A DNA stretch of 64,000 nt from positions 51,455 to 115,454 of the forward strand of contig JAUCBJ010000923.1 in assembly GCA_032718475.1 (NCBI GenBank). Direction: 5' to 3'. The notes below the pieces were generated by a model, which searched no databases, was not told where the DNA came from, and worked only from the letters and a program-made list of their open reading frames with translations. Positions 14,201 to 27,100 of this stretch are shown one piece after another. The first letter of the stretch is position 1. Every line of letters starts with the position of its first letter. Origin of the DNA: Nemertoderma westbladi (lineage: Eukaryota > Animalia > Xenacoelomorpha). Made by a program: the position numbers and the translations under genes.

Positions 14201-17200
14201 GAGCTGGGTTGCGTGGCCAAGACATTGCGGCACAATATAGATCATAGGAGATGGAGCTGGGTTGCGTGGCCAAGACATTGCGGCACAATATAGATCGTCG
14301 GAGATGGAGCTGGGTTGCGTGGCCAAGACATTGCGGCACAATATAGATCGTCGGAGATGGAGCTGGGTTGCGTGGCCAAGACATTGCGGCACAATATAGA
14401 TCGTCGGAGATGGAGCTGGGTTGCGTGGCCAAGACATTGCGGCACAATATAGATCGTCGGAGATGGAGCTGGGTTGCGTGGCCAAGACATTGCGGCACAA
14501 TATAGATCGTCGGAGATGGAGCTGGGTTGCGTGGCCAAGACATTGCGGCACAATATAGATCGTCGGAGATGGAGCTGGGTTGCGTGGCCAAGACATCGCG
14601 GCACAATATAGATCGTCGGAGATGGAGCTGGGTTGCGTGGCCAAGACATCGCGGCACAATATAGATCGTCGGAGATGGAGCTGGGTTGCGTGGCCAAGAC
14701 ATTGCGGCACAATATAGATCGTCGGAGATGGAGCTGGGTTGCGTGGCCAAGACATTGCGGCACAATATAGATCGTCGGAGATGGAGCTGGGTTGCGTGGC
14801 CAAGACGTTGCGGCACAATATAGATCGTCGGAGATGGAGCTGGGTTGCGTGGCCAAGACATCGCGGCACAATATAGATCGTCGGAGATGGAGCTGGGTTG
14901 CGTGGCCAAGACATTGCGGCACAATATAGATCGTCGGAGATGGAGCTGGGTTGCGTGGCCAAGACATTGCGGCACAATATAGATCGTCGGAGATGGAGCT
15001 GGGTTGCGTGGCCAAGACATTGCGGCACAATATAGATCGTCGGAGATGGAGCTGGGTTGCGTGGCCAAGACGTTGCGGCACAATATAGATCGTCGGAGAT
15101 GGAGCTGGGTTGCGTGGCCAAGACATTGCGGCACAATATAGATCGTCGGAGATGGAGCTGGGTTGCGTGGCCAAGACGTTGCGGCACAATATAGATCGTC
15201 GGAGATGGAGCTGGGTTGCGTGGCCAAGACATTGCGGCACAATATAGATCGTCGGAGATGGAGCTGGGTTGCGTGGCCAAGACATTGCGGCACAATATAG
15301 ATCGTCGGAGATGGAGCTGGGTTGCGTGGCCAAGACGTTGCGGCACAATATAGATCGTCGGAGATGGAGCTGGGTTGCGTGGCCAAGACATTGCGGCACA
15401 ATATAGATCGTCGGAGATGGAGCTGGGTTGCGTGGCCAAGACGTTGCGGCACAATATAGATCGTCGGAGATGGAGCTGGGTTGCGTGGCCAAGATATTGC
15501 GGCACAATATAGATCGTCGGAGATGGAGCTGGGTTGCGTGGCCAAGACATTGCGGCACAATATAGATCGTCGGAGATGGAGCTGGGTTGCGTGGCCAAGA
15601 CATTGCGGCACAATATAGATCGTCGGAGATGGAGCTGGGTTGCGTGGCCAAGACATTGCGGCACAATATAGATCGTCGGAGATGGAGCTGGATTGCGTGG
15701 CCAAGACATTGCGGCACAATATAGATCATAGGAGATGGAGCTGGGTTGCGTGGCCAAGACATCGCGGCACAATATAGATCGTCGGAGATGGAGCTGGGTT
15801 GCGTGGCCAAGACATTGCGGCACAATATAGATCGTCGGAGATGGAGCTGGGTTGCGTGGCCAAGACATCGCGGCACAATATAGATCGTCGGAGATGGAGC
15901 TGGGTTGCGTGGCCAAGATATCGCGGCACAATATAGATCATAGGAGATAGAGCTGGGTTGCGTGGCCAAGACATCGCGGCACAATATAGATCATAGGAGA
16001 TGGAGCTGGGTTGCGTGGCCAAGACATCGCGGCACAATATAGATCATAGGAGATGGAGCTGGGTTGCGTGGCCAAGACATCGCGGCACAATATAGATCAT
16101 AGGAGATGGAGCTGGGTTGCGTGGCCAAGACATCGCGGCACAATATAGATCATAGGAGATAGAGCTGGGTTGCGTGGCCAAGACATCGCGGCACAATATA
16201 GATCATAGGAGATGGAGCTGGGTTGCGTGGCCAAGACATCGCGGCACAATATAGATCATAGGAGATGGAGCTGGGTTGCGTGGCCAAGACATCGCGGCAC
16301 AATATAGATCATAGGAGATGGAGCTGGGTTGCGTGGCCAAGACATCGCGGCACAATATAGATCGTCGGAGATGGAGCTGGGTTGCGTGGCCAAGATATCG
16401 CGGCACAATATAGATCATAGGAGATAGAGCTGGGTTGCGTGGCCAAGACATCGCGGCACAATATAGATCATAGGAGATGGAGCTGGGTTGCGTGGCCAAG
16501 ACATCGCGGCACAATATAGATCATAGGAGATGGAGCTGGGTTGCGTGGCCAAGACATCGCGGCACAATATAGATCATAGGAGATGGAGCTGGGTTGCGTG
16601 GCCAAGACATCGCGGCACAATATAGATCGTCGGAGATGGAGCTGGGTTGCGTGGCCAAGATATCGCGGCACAATATAGATCGTCGGAGATGAAGCTGGGT
16701 TGCGTGGCCAAGACATCGCGGCACAATATAGATCATAGGAGATGGAGCTGGGTTGCTTGGCCAAGACATCGCGGCACAATATAGATCGTCGGAGATGGAG
16801 CTGGGTTGCGTGGCCAAGACATTGCGGCACAATATAGATCGTCGGAGATGGAGCTGGGTTGCGTGGCCAAGACATTGCGGCACAATATAGATCATAGGAG
16901 ATGGAGCTGGGTTGCGTGGCCAAGACATTGCGGCACAATATAGATCATAGGAGATGGAGCTGGGTTGCGTGGCCAAGACATTGCGGCACAATATAGATCG
17001 TCGGAGATGGAGCTGGGTTGCGTGGCCAAGACATCGCGGCACAATATAGATCATAGGAGATGGAGCTGGGTTGCTTGGCCAAGACATCGCGGCACAATAT
17101 AGATCGTCGGAGATGGAGCTGGGTTGCGTGGCCAAGACATTGCGGCACAATATAGATCGTCGGAGATGGAGCTGGGTTGCGTGGCCAAGACATTGCGGCA

Positions 17201-17942
17201 CAATATAGATCGTCGGAGATGGAGCTGGGTTGCGTGGCCAAGATATCGCGGCACAATATAGATCGTCGGAGATGAAGCTGGGTTGCGTGGCCAAGACATC
17301 GCGGCACAATTAGATCATAGGAGATGGAGCTGGGTTGCGTGGCCAAGACATCGCGGCACAATATAGATCATAGGAGATGGAGCAGGGTTGCGTGGCCAAG
17401 ACATCGCGGCACAATATAGATCGTCGGAGATGGAGCTGGGTTGCGTGGCCAAGACATTGCGGCACAATATAGATCGTCGGAGATGGAGCTGGGTTGCGTG
17501 GCCAAGACATCGCGGCACAATTAGATCATAGGAGATGGAGCTGGGTTGCGTGGCCAAGACATCGCGGCACAATATAGATCATAGGAGATGGAGCTGGGTT
17601 GCGTGGCCAAGACATCGCGGCACAATATAGATCATAGGAGATGGAGCAGGGTTGCGTGGCCAAGACATCGCGGCACACTATAGATCGTCGGAGATGGAGC
17701 TGGGTTGCGTGGCCAAGACATCGTGGCACAATATAGATCATAGGAGATGGAGCTGGGTTGCGTGGCCAAGACATCGCGGCACAATATAGATCGTCGGAGA
17801 TGGAGCTGGGTTGCGTGGCCAAGACATCGCGGCACAATATAGATCATAGGAGATGTAACTGGGTTGCGTGGCCAAGACATCGCGGCACAATATAGATCAT
17901 AGGAGATGGAGCTGGGTTGCGTGGCCAAGACATTGCGGCACA
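8296..17942. repeat. 53-bp satellite, ~9.6 kb (~180 copies), intronic
   Basis: Unit tagatcgtcggagatggagctgggttgcgtggccaagacattgcggcacaata; main variants cgtcgga/catagga and cattgcg/catcgcg. Confidence 0.99.
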
Positions 17943-18109
17943 TGTTAAAATCATATTGTTTATTGTGTTAATATGTATTAATAAATATAGACCGGCAATA
18001 AATTATATACTGTATATAATATTACTTTATAGTATTGACAGTTGGGGCAATTTATTTAACCACATTGGTTGTTGTTAAAATGAATGACTAACTAACTACA
18101 CATAGATAC

Positions 18110-19395
18110 ACAGGTTAGCTAAAATATAATTAAATAAATAAAACTAAAACGACTAATTATTATATAAAATGAAATAAAACACCAGATTAATTATGTAGTA
18201 TCATTGCCTGCTAAGTTGTATAGGAATAAAGCGCGTTTCAGTGGTAAGGATGATGGGTTTCCAGCGCAAGTAAGGCCGTGGTCGCTTTCTTGAGCCGGGT
18301 AGCCGCAGATGATACAGATGCAGGTTGGAGTTGGCCGCCAGCAGTTTGTGTTGCTGCACAATTTGTGGTGGCATCCGTTGGATAGGAACTGCGCGGCTGC
18401 TCTCCGTCTCATTCCCGTTAGTAAAGCTAGCGATATTGAGTTCCCGTTGTTCGCAGGGATGCTGTCTACTGCGGTGAGGATGGCTGTGGTGGATGCGTAT
18501 TTACTCACACCGCACCACAGCTTCCAGTGGAAGGCGCGGACAGCCTGAACATGGGCAAGGTTCGGGATCTCCGGTGCGTCCCCGAAGATGGTGCAGCCAT
18601 AGGTTATCGCCGGGAGGATGACGAGGTTCCATAAGCGCTTTGCAGTTGCCAGCGAAATCAGGTTGAGATTTAATGACGTGGCTAAGCGCATGCAGGCGGC
18701 AATACCTCGCTCAAGTAGGTGGTTGTAGTGGCTGCTGGGACCATTTCTGGTGCTCAGGACGACGCCAAGATACTCGAAAGAGTTGACGAATTCAATGGGG
18801 ACCCCTTCATAAAAAAGAACGTCATTGTTGCAAAGTCTTCCTCCTCGACGGAATTTCATGGCCTTCGTCTTCGACTTATTCACCACGAGGTCATTTTCTT
18901 TACAATAGGCTTCAAGGATGTCTAAGACGGCTTGTGTTTCTGCAATGGAGTTGCCCGTAATCGCGACATCGTCGGCATAAATAAATAGCTGACAGCCAGC
19001 AGCCAATATTACCAAAGGAAGATCTGTTACAAACAGACTAAATAGGAGAGGTGATAATCTGTCACCTGAATGACTCCGATAGATGGGGTGATTGGATCCA
19101 GGACATATGCGCCGAGGCAGATACACACCATGTTGGTTGCTATTATAGCCCATATTGCGCTTATAAATAAACGGCTTACACCCAGATCCGATAACTTTAA
19201 ACACAGCTTCTTCCTGTTCACGGAATCGAAAGCTTAAGAGAAGTCTACAAATACACAGTAGGTCTTTCCGCGCTGTTTGCTCAAGGCATCTCTGATAAGG
19301 TTGCATAGCCTGCTAGCAGCATGTAACGTGGACCTTCTTCCCTTCCTGAAGCCGAACTGGCAGTCCGGGAGGATGTTATAGGCCTCGGTCCGCAC
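18110..19395 (-). mobile_element. 5'-truncated LINE reverse transcriptase fragment with Cys/His-rich C-terminus
   Basis: Minus strand reads ILPDCQFGFRKGRRST (~19320-19380), then GDRLSPLLFSLF, YADD, KTKAMKF and FEYLGV. C-terminal CHHKLC..C....CICIICG...H..TC; frameshifts near 19070-19310; AT-rich tail at ~18120-18180. Confidence 0.9.
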
Positions 19396-19466
19396 AGGTG
19401 TACAGGTGTATATATTATATCAAATAAGACGACTTTCAATTACCTTGGATCATGGATAGAGGATAG

Positions 19467-20369
19467 AGGCGCCCGGATTCTCACCGGCGCGGCGCCCTGA
19501 TTCTCACTGGCCTCCGGATTCTCACAGGCGCCCGGATTCTCACCGGCGCGGCGCCGTGATTCTCACTGGCCTCCGGATTCTCACAGATGGCCAGATTCTC
19601 ACCGGCGCGGCGCCCTGATTCTCACTGGCCTCCGGATTCTCACAGGCGCCCGGATTCTCACCGGCGCGGCGCCGTGATTCTCACTGGCCTCCGGATTCTC
19701 ACAGATGGCCAGATTCTCACCGGCGCCGCGCCCTGATTCTCACTGGCCTCCGGATTCTCACAGGCGCCCGGATTCTCACCGGCGCGGCGCCCTGATTCTC
19801 ACTGGCCTCCGGATTCTCACAGGCGCCCGGATTCTCACCGGAGCGGCGCCCGGATTCTCACCGGAGCGGCGCCCTGATTCTCACAGGCGCCCGGATTCTC
19901 ACCGGCGCGGCGCCCTGATTCTCACTGGCCTCCGGATTCTCTCAGGCGCCGGATTCTCACCGGCGCGGCGCCCTGATTCTCACTGGCCTCCGGATTCTCA
20001 CAAGCGCCCGGACACTCACCGGAGCGGCGTCCTGATTCTCACAGGTGCCCTGATTCTCACTGGCCTCCGGATTCTCACAGGCGTCCGGATTCTCACCGGT
20101 GCGGCGCCCTGATTCTCACTGGCCTCCGGATTCTCACAGGCGCCCGGATTCTCACCGGCGCGGCGCCCTTATTCTCACTGGCCTCCGGATTCTCACATGC
20201 GCCCGGATTCTCACCGGTGCGGCGCCCTGATTCTCACTGGCCTCCGGATTCTCACTGGCCTCCGGATTCTCACAGGCGCCCGGATTCTCACTGGCGCCCG
20301 GATTCTCAGTGGCCCCCGGATTCTCACTGGCCTCCGGATTCTAACTGCCGCCCGGATTCTCACTGGCGC
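19467..20369. repeat. GC-rich minisatellite with GATTCTCAC core; 23+18+18 = 59-bp higher-order unit
   Basis: Subunits ggattctcaccggcgcggcgccc / tgattctcactggcctcc / ggattctcacaggcgccc repeat in order, then decay to 18-mers at the right end. Confidence 0.95.
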
Positions 20370-20879
20370 ACTGAATTTAAACGCATTGCATTGTAATGTT
20401 ATAAATAGCTAGACTTGAAGTCTTGAGGTAAAACTCTATTGAAAGAGAAACTCGAAGTAAAGTAGAATGAGCAGTAATAATTATATTCATAGTTTATGCT
20501 TCAAACATAACTGGACAGATAGGGGAGCGGGTGGATGCAAATGGAATCCAGGATTAGTTAGAACTAGTGGGACTTCTCTTCTGAGCTGATGAATGATTAC
20601 CGAAGCCATTTGTGTCACTTGCTATGTATATTGTGCACCCAAGAACGATAACATATCTATCGTCTTACACATTTTGTTCATCAAAACCCATCATCTTTAA
20701 TTTACATGATAATTACTTTTTTCCATGAATACATACACATACATAAATATTATATGGGCCACACAGCTATGATGTATGGCCGGCCGTCTGGCTCTGCATC
20801 ATAACTGCAACACATCCACAGAGTTGGCGATCAGTTATGTAAACACAAATCATTAATCAGCATATAGGCCGTACCACAT

Positions 20880-21600
20880 ATATGCTAATCGTGGATTAAC
20901 CAACCTGCGCAAGGTGAATAAGGACAAAACTGAGATAATTCTAATACAATCTCAACTTGGTGACCAATTAGCGAAGCAAAATCTGAGCATGGGTTCTAAA
21001 TTGATAAGTTTAAGTGACCTGACCACGCATCGAGAGAGTCATGTATCATTCGACAAACAGATCTCCAACACAGTGCACAGTTCACCTCATCTTACGGAAT
21101 ATATCTAATATCAAAAGGTACAGTACCTATACAAATCGAATCTTGAAATTTCATTACACGCTATCGATATTAGTAAACTCGATAAAAACAACAATGCCCT
21201 ATACTACCACTACGGGTTGACGGCAAAACTACCACGTCGATGGCAGTTAGTGCAAACTGTATCAGCTCGTCTTTAGGTCGGAGTAAAAAACACGGGACCA
21301 CATCACGTACGAGCTGATGGCCCTCCATCGGTTCCCAGGCCATCGCCACATCGAATTCAACACTGAATTATAGACCCATAGAAATGCAATTTATCGAGTC
21401 GCCCCTGTGTATCTATGTGATCTATTGGTACCTATTGTGGTACCTTGCTTACCACAACAACTGCAGTTAAGATCGAGTGAACAGGGTCTATTGAATATCC
21501 CCCATAACGCCTAGATACGTATTGGTGAAATGCGTTCTCGGTAGTCTACCTTCCTACCTATTATGGCGAGTTCCTACGGTGTGGAACTCGGAACTAAATT
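20880..21600 (+). mobile_element. Decayed L2/CR1-group LINE 3' fragment
   Basis: Broken frames give KVNKDKTEII, FDKQISN, ISKLD, QLVQTVSARL and RDHIT, typical of the post-RT region of L2/CR1-type elements; many stops and frameshifts. Confidence 0.72.
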
Positions 21601-22281
21601 ACGACACTATAATTTATTACGTGGGGATTCACTATGACGCAGCGTTTCATAAAATGTAAGACATTCCTTAAAGCAATAAAGCTTATGCTTCGTATACATG
21701 TATACACACACATAATACATGTATGTTACCCTTACAGTAGTATCCCACGTTCAATATTGATTTTCTCTTTCCGCAGTACAGCATACTTACCATGGGAATA
21801 GTTCTATACAATGTTACGCGTACATGGCAACACTTATATAAGATGTTATACGAATATGGATTGGGCTAATCACAGAGGAATATATAATATATGATGGTGT
21901 TTGCTTCTGCCTCTGTTCCTCTTTATCGACCTATTAAAGGGAGAACTAACTCCATCACATGTATAAAACAAAGGGGAAGGAAGCTTGGCGTATATATACA
22001 ATTATTACATTAAATTTACAGCTGAATATTACGTAATTTCGTAGAAATTCAAACACTATGATACAAAATTTCAGTAAAAACATGCAATATTTTAACTCAA
22101 TAGTATTATTTTCTAGTCTTAGTGAAATAAATACAAATGTATATTTCAAATTTAATCAAGTAAATCTTATTTAAATAATGTTTATTTCCCGCTGAATTTG
22201 AAATGTATAATTTTTCTAGCGAGCGCGCGTTAACGAATTCTTTTTTCTTCATATGGGAAGTAAAGCTATTTTGTATTTTAA

Positions 22282-22556
22282 CATGCGAATTTAGTTCCAA
22301 TGCATGCGAATTTAGTTCAAAATGCATGCAAACTTAGTTCCAATGCAAGCGAATTTAGTTCAAAATGCATGCGAATTTAGTTCAAAATGCATGCGAAATT
22401 AATTCAAATGCAAGCAAACTTAGTTCCAATGGAAGCAAACTTGGTTCCAATGGAAGCATACTTAGTTCCAATGCATGTGAATTTAGTTCCAATGGAAACG
22501 AACTTGTTCCAATGTAAGCGAACTTAGTTCCAATGGAAGCTAACTTAGTTTCAATG
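22282..22556. repeat. Degenerate 21-bp tandem repeat (catgcgaatttagttccaatg, ~13 copies)
   Basis: Direct periodicity. Confidence 0.9.
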
Positions 22557-22564
22557 TTTCAATC

Positions 22565-23098
22565 GTGGGGCGAGCCACGTAGTAGACAAAGCCTTTGCGT
22601 AATGCCACTATTTGGGGGTGGGTCAGGGTCAACAATAATTTTAAATAGTTGTAAAACCCTTCAGAAATATATATAGTTAGTATCTGTATTCAGTATGACT
22701 GTATGTACCAGTAGGTAGTAGGCATACTCATACAGCAGTACGTTACCGATCCAGATTATGATTGTAACGTACCATTTGTAGTATAATAGATATCGCCTGG
22801 TCTGGGTGTGGGGCGGGACGCAGGTGCAAATGGCCAAGTAGGGTACCGTATGGTTGACCCCCCCCCCCCCCCCACTCCCCATTGTGATAAAATAAATTAT
22901 CCAAATATTATATAAATATCTACAACACATCAAATATATTTTAGTGCCATGTTTAAGCATGTGGGTAGGCAACGTTAATACGTGCTACACGGTTATGCCA
23001 TCTATCTACAATTTGCTATTTACAAAAATTATTTACCCAGCCCATCCCCCTACTGTAATAGTGGCATTAGACAGATTCTTCGCCAACTACTTTGACGC
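22565..23098. mobile_element. Two diverged 5' ends of a Helentron/HINE-like family in inverted orientation
   Basis: 22565 gtggggcgagccacg...taatgccactatt.gggggtgggtca resembles 54791-54851; 23035-23098 is a reverse-complement relative (aatagtggcatta...cgccaactac). Confidence 0.5.
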
Positions 23099-23424
23099 AA
23101 TTTCTTCGCGTTAAAAAAATCGATTGTATCGCGTTTGAAAAAAATACAACTGCCACACTTTTAAGGGCTCATCTCTTATTTCCTCTAATTCAATTATTTC
23201 AAGCTATATAATTTTTGGCGCACCAACATGACACATCAATAAACGCGTTTCATTCATCACTTTCATGAAAAAAGTAAAAAAAATAATTAGGTAATTGCAA
23301 CAAATTTATCTCCCACTAAAAATATGATTTGTCCACTAAATTTTTCCACTATTAAAACTATATGATTAAACAATTGCTAATTTTGTAATACCAAATATAA
23401 TCATACGATAGTAAAAATCATTTA

Positions 23425-23733
23425 AAATTTAATAACTTTCCACTAAATTTATTCATTCTCCACTAAATTTAATAACTTTCCACTAAATTTATTCATTCTC
23501 CACTAAATTTAATAACTTTCCACTAAATTTATTCATTCTCCACTAAATTTAATAACTTTCCACTAAATTTATTCATTCTCCACTAAATTTAATAACTTTC
23601 CACTAAATTTATTCATTCTCCATTAAATTTAATAACTTTCCACTAAATTTATTCATTCTCCACTAAATTTAATAACTTTCCACTAAATTTATTCATTCTC
23701 CACTAAATTTAATAACTTTCCATTAAATTTAAT
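23425..23733. repeat. 40-bp tandem repeat built of two alternating 20-mers (cactaaatttattcattctc / cactaaatttaataactttc)
   Basis: About 7.5 near-perfect copies, ending ~370 bp upstream of the patatin ATG. Confidence 0.95.
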
Positions 23734-24100
23734 CTCTTTACAATAAAAATAGCCACCTTCCCTGTAGCTTTCCCACTACAGCATTAAAATAGTAACGCGA
23801 CATTGTCCTTTGGTGACTCGGTGACTAGGTCCTGCGTTGTTAGTTAATTGAAATTGTATTATATTTTGTAGCAACTATATTTCTATTTACAAATGATTTC
23901 TAGCAAAAATAAACAATAACATGGGCTATTCAGTCTCATTAATAAACACACATTTAGTACAAAACCATCCACTTTTTTTGTATAAAAATTTATAATTTCC
24001 AACTAGTTTGTAATCAAGTTTTATTATACATAGGTTTAATAAATAACATACAACACCATACTTAATGCAACAAACAAATTAATTACAGCGAGTTACTACC

Positions 24101-27100
24101 ATGGGCAATCGGACATCTGAACTAAAAGCTGAAGCTGAACAGACGGCGAGGAAAGAATACATTGTCAATGAAATTGTCAAGGACCACATAAAATCCGAAG
24201 GCGAGGATTTGGAATTGATGGGGGATCTTGAACCAGAAGATCGCAAACAGAGAAGACGCACGATAGAGCTTCTGAAGCATTTTGACATAGAAACTGACCT
24301 TGCTCAGTTTGACTACAAATGGGAAAATTTAGTATTTGAAGGGGGTGGAGCAAAGTCTTTATCGTATGCTGGAGTATTAGAGGTGATGGAAGATGTTGGA
24401 GCTATAGAAAAAATAACACGCTTTGGAGGAGCATCAGCAGGGGCTTTGGCCTCCGTTATAATTTCCCTCGGGTTCAACGCAAAAGAAATGAAAAAGCTTC
24501 TTGCCACCGATTTGGATCGTATGTTTACCGACCACTCCGCTGGTGTATTTTCCTTCGTCCCAAATCTTTTGCTGGATTTCGGATGGAACCCAAATCTTCG
24601 CTTCTTTGACTATATTGGTACAGTAATCTCGGAAGTACTTGGAAGCCCAGATGCTACTTTCCTTGATCTCTATAACGAGAATGGTAACGAGTTGTTCATT
24701 GTTGTGGTCAACATAAACATGATGCGTGAAGAGTACTGCCATGTAAAGACAACACCAAGCATGCCGATAAGAGTGGCCCTAAAAATGTCAATGGCCATCC
24801 CTGGAATGTTTACATCAGTGAAGAGCAACACAGGAGCAATGAGCAACGAACGTAGTATTTATGTAGATGGCGGACTGATTGCTAATTATCCAATACATGC
24901 ATTTGATGGATGGTGGTTGAGTCTTGATAATGAGGATCACTACATTAATAGGATGATGCAGGTAGCTAAGATTCCTCAGTATATGGAAAGACACGATAGA
25001 TTTGGTCAATACAATGACAAAACATTAGGTGTTCTGATCTACTCAAAGAAAGAAGTAGAGTTGCTAAAAACCGCCCTCGAGGAAAGGGTAGAAGCAAGTA
25101 GACAGCCAATAGTGCAACGACCTCACACGAGGAAGGCCTGGAGATTCAGCGTCAATGAAAGTCTAGAACTACTCTCAGAAAATGAGCATTTGGCAATAAC
25201 AGATTCCATTGATCGTCTTTTTCTTTCTTTGGGTGACAACCGGAAGAAGGCAAACATTACGCGAGCCAACCTGGAAGAAGCCCTTAATCAAACGCACATA
25301 TTTACCCCACTCCATGGCGAGTTGCTGTTTGGAACAGTTAATTATACTGCTGACATGGTCATGGCATTGGTGGGGGTGGAAGACACAGATGGCATTGTGA
25401 TGAAAGACATTATTGGATATGGGAAGAAGAAAGGCCTTAGCATAAAAACTGACGCTATGGGATTCTCCCGCACAGAGATTAACTATTTCACAGAATTTCT
25501 CAATGTCATTGTCGAGGCTTTGCTTAGCTATACCAAAATGTTGTATGCCGATGTTCGAGACATCGAGCGCACAATTGGGGTAAACACGGACTACATAGAG
25601 ACAGATGATTTCAAGCTGCATAGCGCAGATAAGTGGTACTTGTATGAGAAGGGGAAACAAGCTGCAATTGCATACCTACGGTATTACGTGGCCAAATGTC
25701 ATCCAGAGGTAAAGGAAGGTTATAAAGAAAACAAGGAAGAGGAGGAAAAACTTCAAAAAAGAGAAATGTATCCATTTCGATATGAAAATCCAGAAACAAT
25801 TGATGAAAATGTGGAAACAAAAACAGAAATTGAGAGTGAGAGTGAGCAAGAAGATAATGTTAGAGATACTGATGTCGAAACAGATTATGCAAACACAGAT
25901 ATTGCGGCCACTGACGTTGATGTGGAAGAAAGCATCACTGACTATGACAGTGTTGATGATGTAGAAACCGATGTTGGTGAAACACCAGACACTAATGAAG
26001 GAAGTGTAATAGAAATAGTAAGTGATACAGAGAATGAGGATGATGGGATATCAGAAACCACCGAGGGTGAGTCTACAGAAGCTGAAGAAACAACAGATGA
26101 CGAAATAGATGACACGGAATCTGACACAGAATCTGAAGTTGCTGAATCTGAGCATAATGCAGATAAAAACGTCGATGTTGAAACTGAAGACGATATTTCA
26201 AAACAGAGTGGAACAGATGTGGATGCTGTTAGTGAAGATGGGGAAGAAATAGACAATGAAATAGAGGATAGTGACACAGAAAGTGAAGAAGAAAGTGAAG
26301 AAGAAAGTGAAGAAGACAGTGAAGAAGAAAGTGAAGAAGAAAGTGAAGCAGAAAGTGAAAATGAACATCAACCAAAAAGCGAGCATGAAAATGAAAGTGA
26401 TCATGATATAGAAAGTAACCATGATTCAGATGATAATATTGTAATCCCACATGAGAACAAAACCAGTGATACAGAAACAGAAGATGATAGTGATATGGAT
26501 ATTTGCAAAAGTGTAAAAGACGATAATTATGAGACAGAAGATGACATAGAAACGGATGCCTGTGGAGTAACAGACATTGAAACAGAATGTGAAGTCAAAG
26601 GGGATTCTGACATAGATATAGATTCTGAATCTGATTCAGAAACAGAAACAGAAAATAATACAGACACAGATGATTACAGTGGTAGTGCAGACTCAGAGAG
26701 TGAACACATGAACCACAGCATCTCAGAGCATGATGGTCACAGTGATGAAGACATTGAAGGACACAGTGATGCGGAAGATGATGAACATGGTGCACATAAT
26801 GATAGTGTATCAGATAATAATGAACATGACGTGCATAGCGAGAGTGGGTCTGATCATAGTGAACATGATGAACACAGAGATGACATACATGAGGTGCACA
26901 GTGATCATGAGGGGTCTCATCATAGCGAAAAAGATGAACACAGAGATGACAAAGATGACGTGCATAGTGATCAAGAGGGATCTCATCACAGTGAAAAAGA
27001 GGGGTCTCATCACAGTGAAAATGAGGGGTCTCATCACAGTGAAAATGAGCGGTCTCATCACAGTGAAAATGAGTGTTCTCATCTCAGTGAAAATGAGGGG

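Noticed and set aside
8296-17942. CRISPR-like or tRNA-derived array (GGTTGCGTGGCCAAG resembles a tRNA-Leu 5' end/A-box)
   Set aside because: There are no unique spacers and no cas genes, the context is eukaryotic, and there is no B-box or cloverleaf.
8285-17943. Dozens of overlapping 66-580-aa ORFs (MCRNVLATQPSS...)
   Set aside because: Artefact of a 53-bp unit (not a multiple of 3) that is stop-poor on the minus strand; the same peptide appears in all frames.
19705-20412. Arg/Pro-rich ORFs
   Set aside because: Translations of the GATTCTCAC minisatellite.
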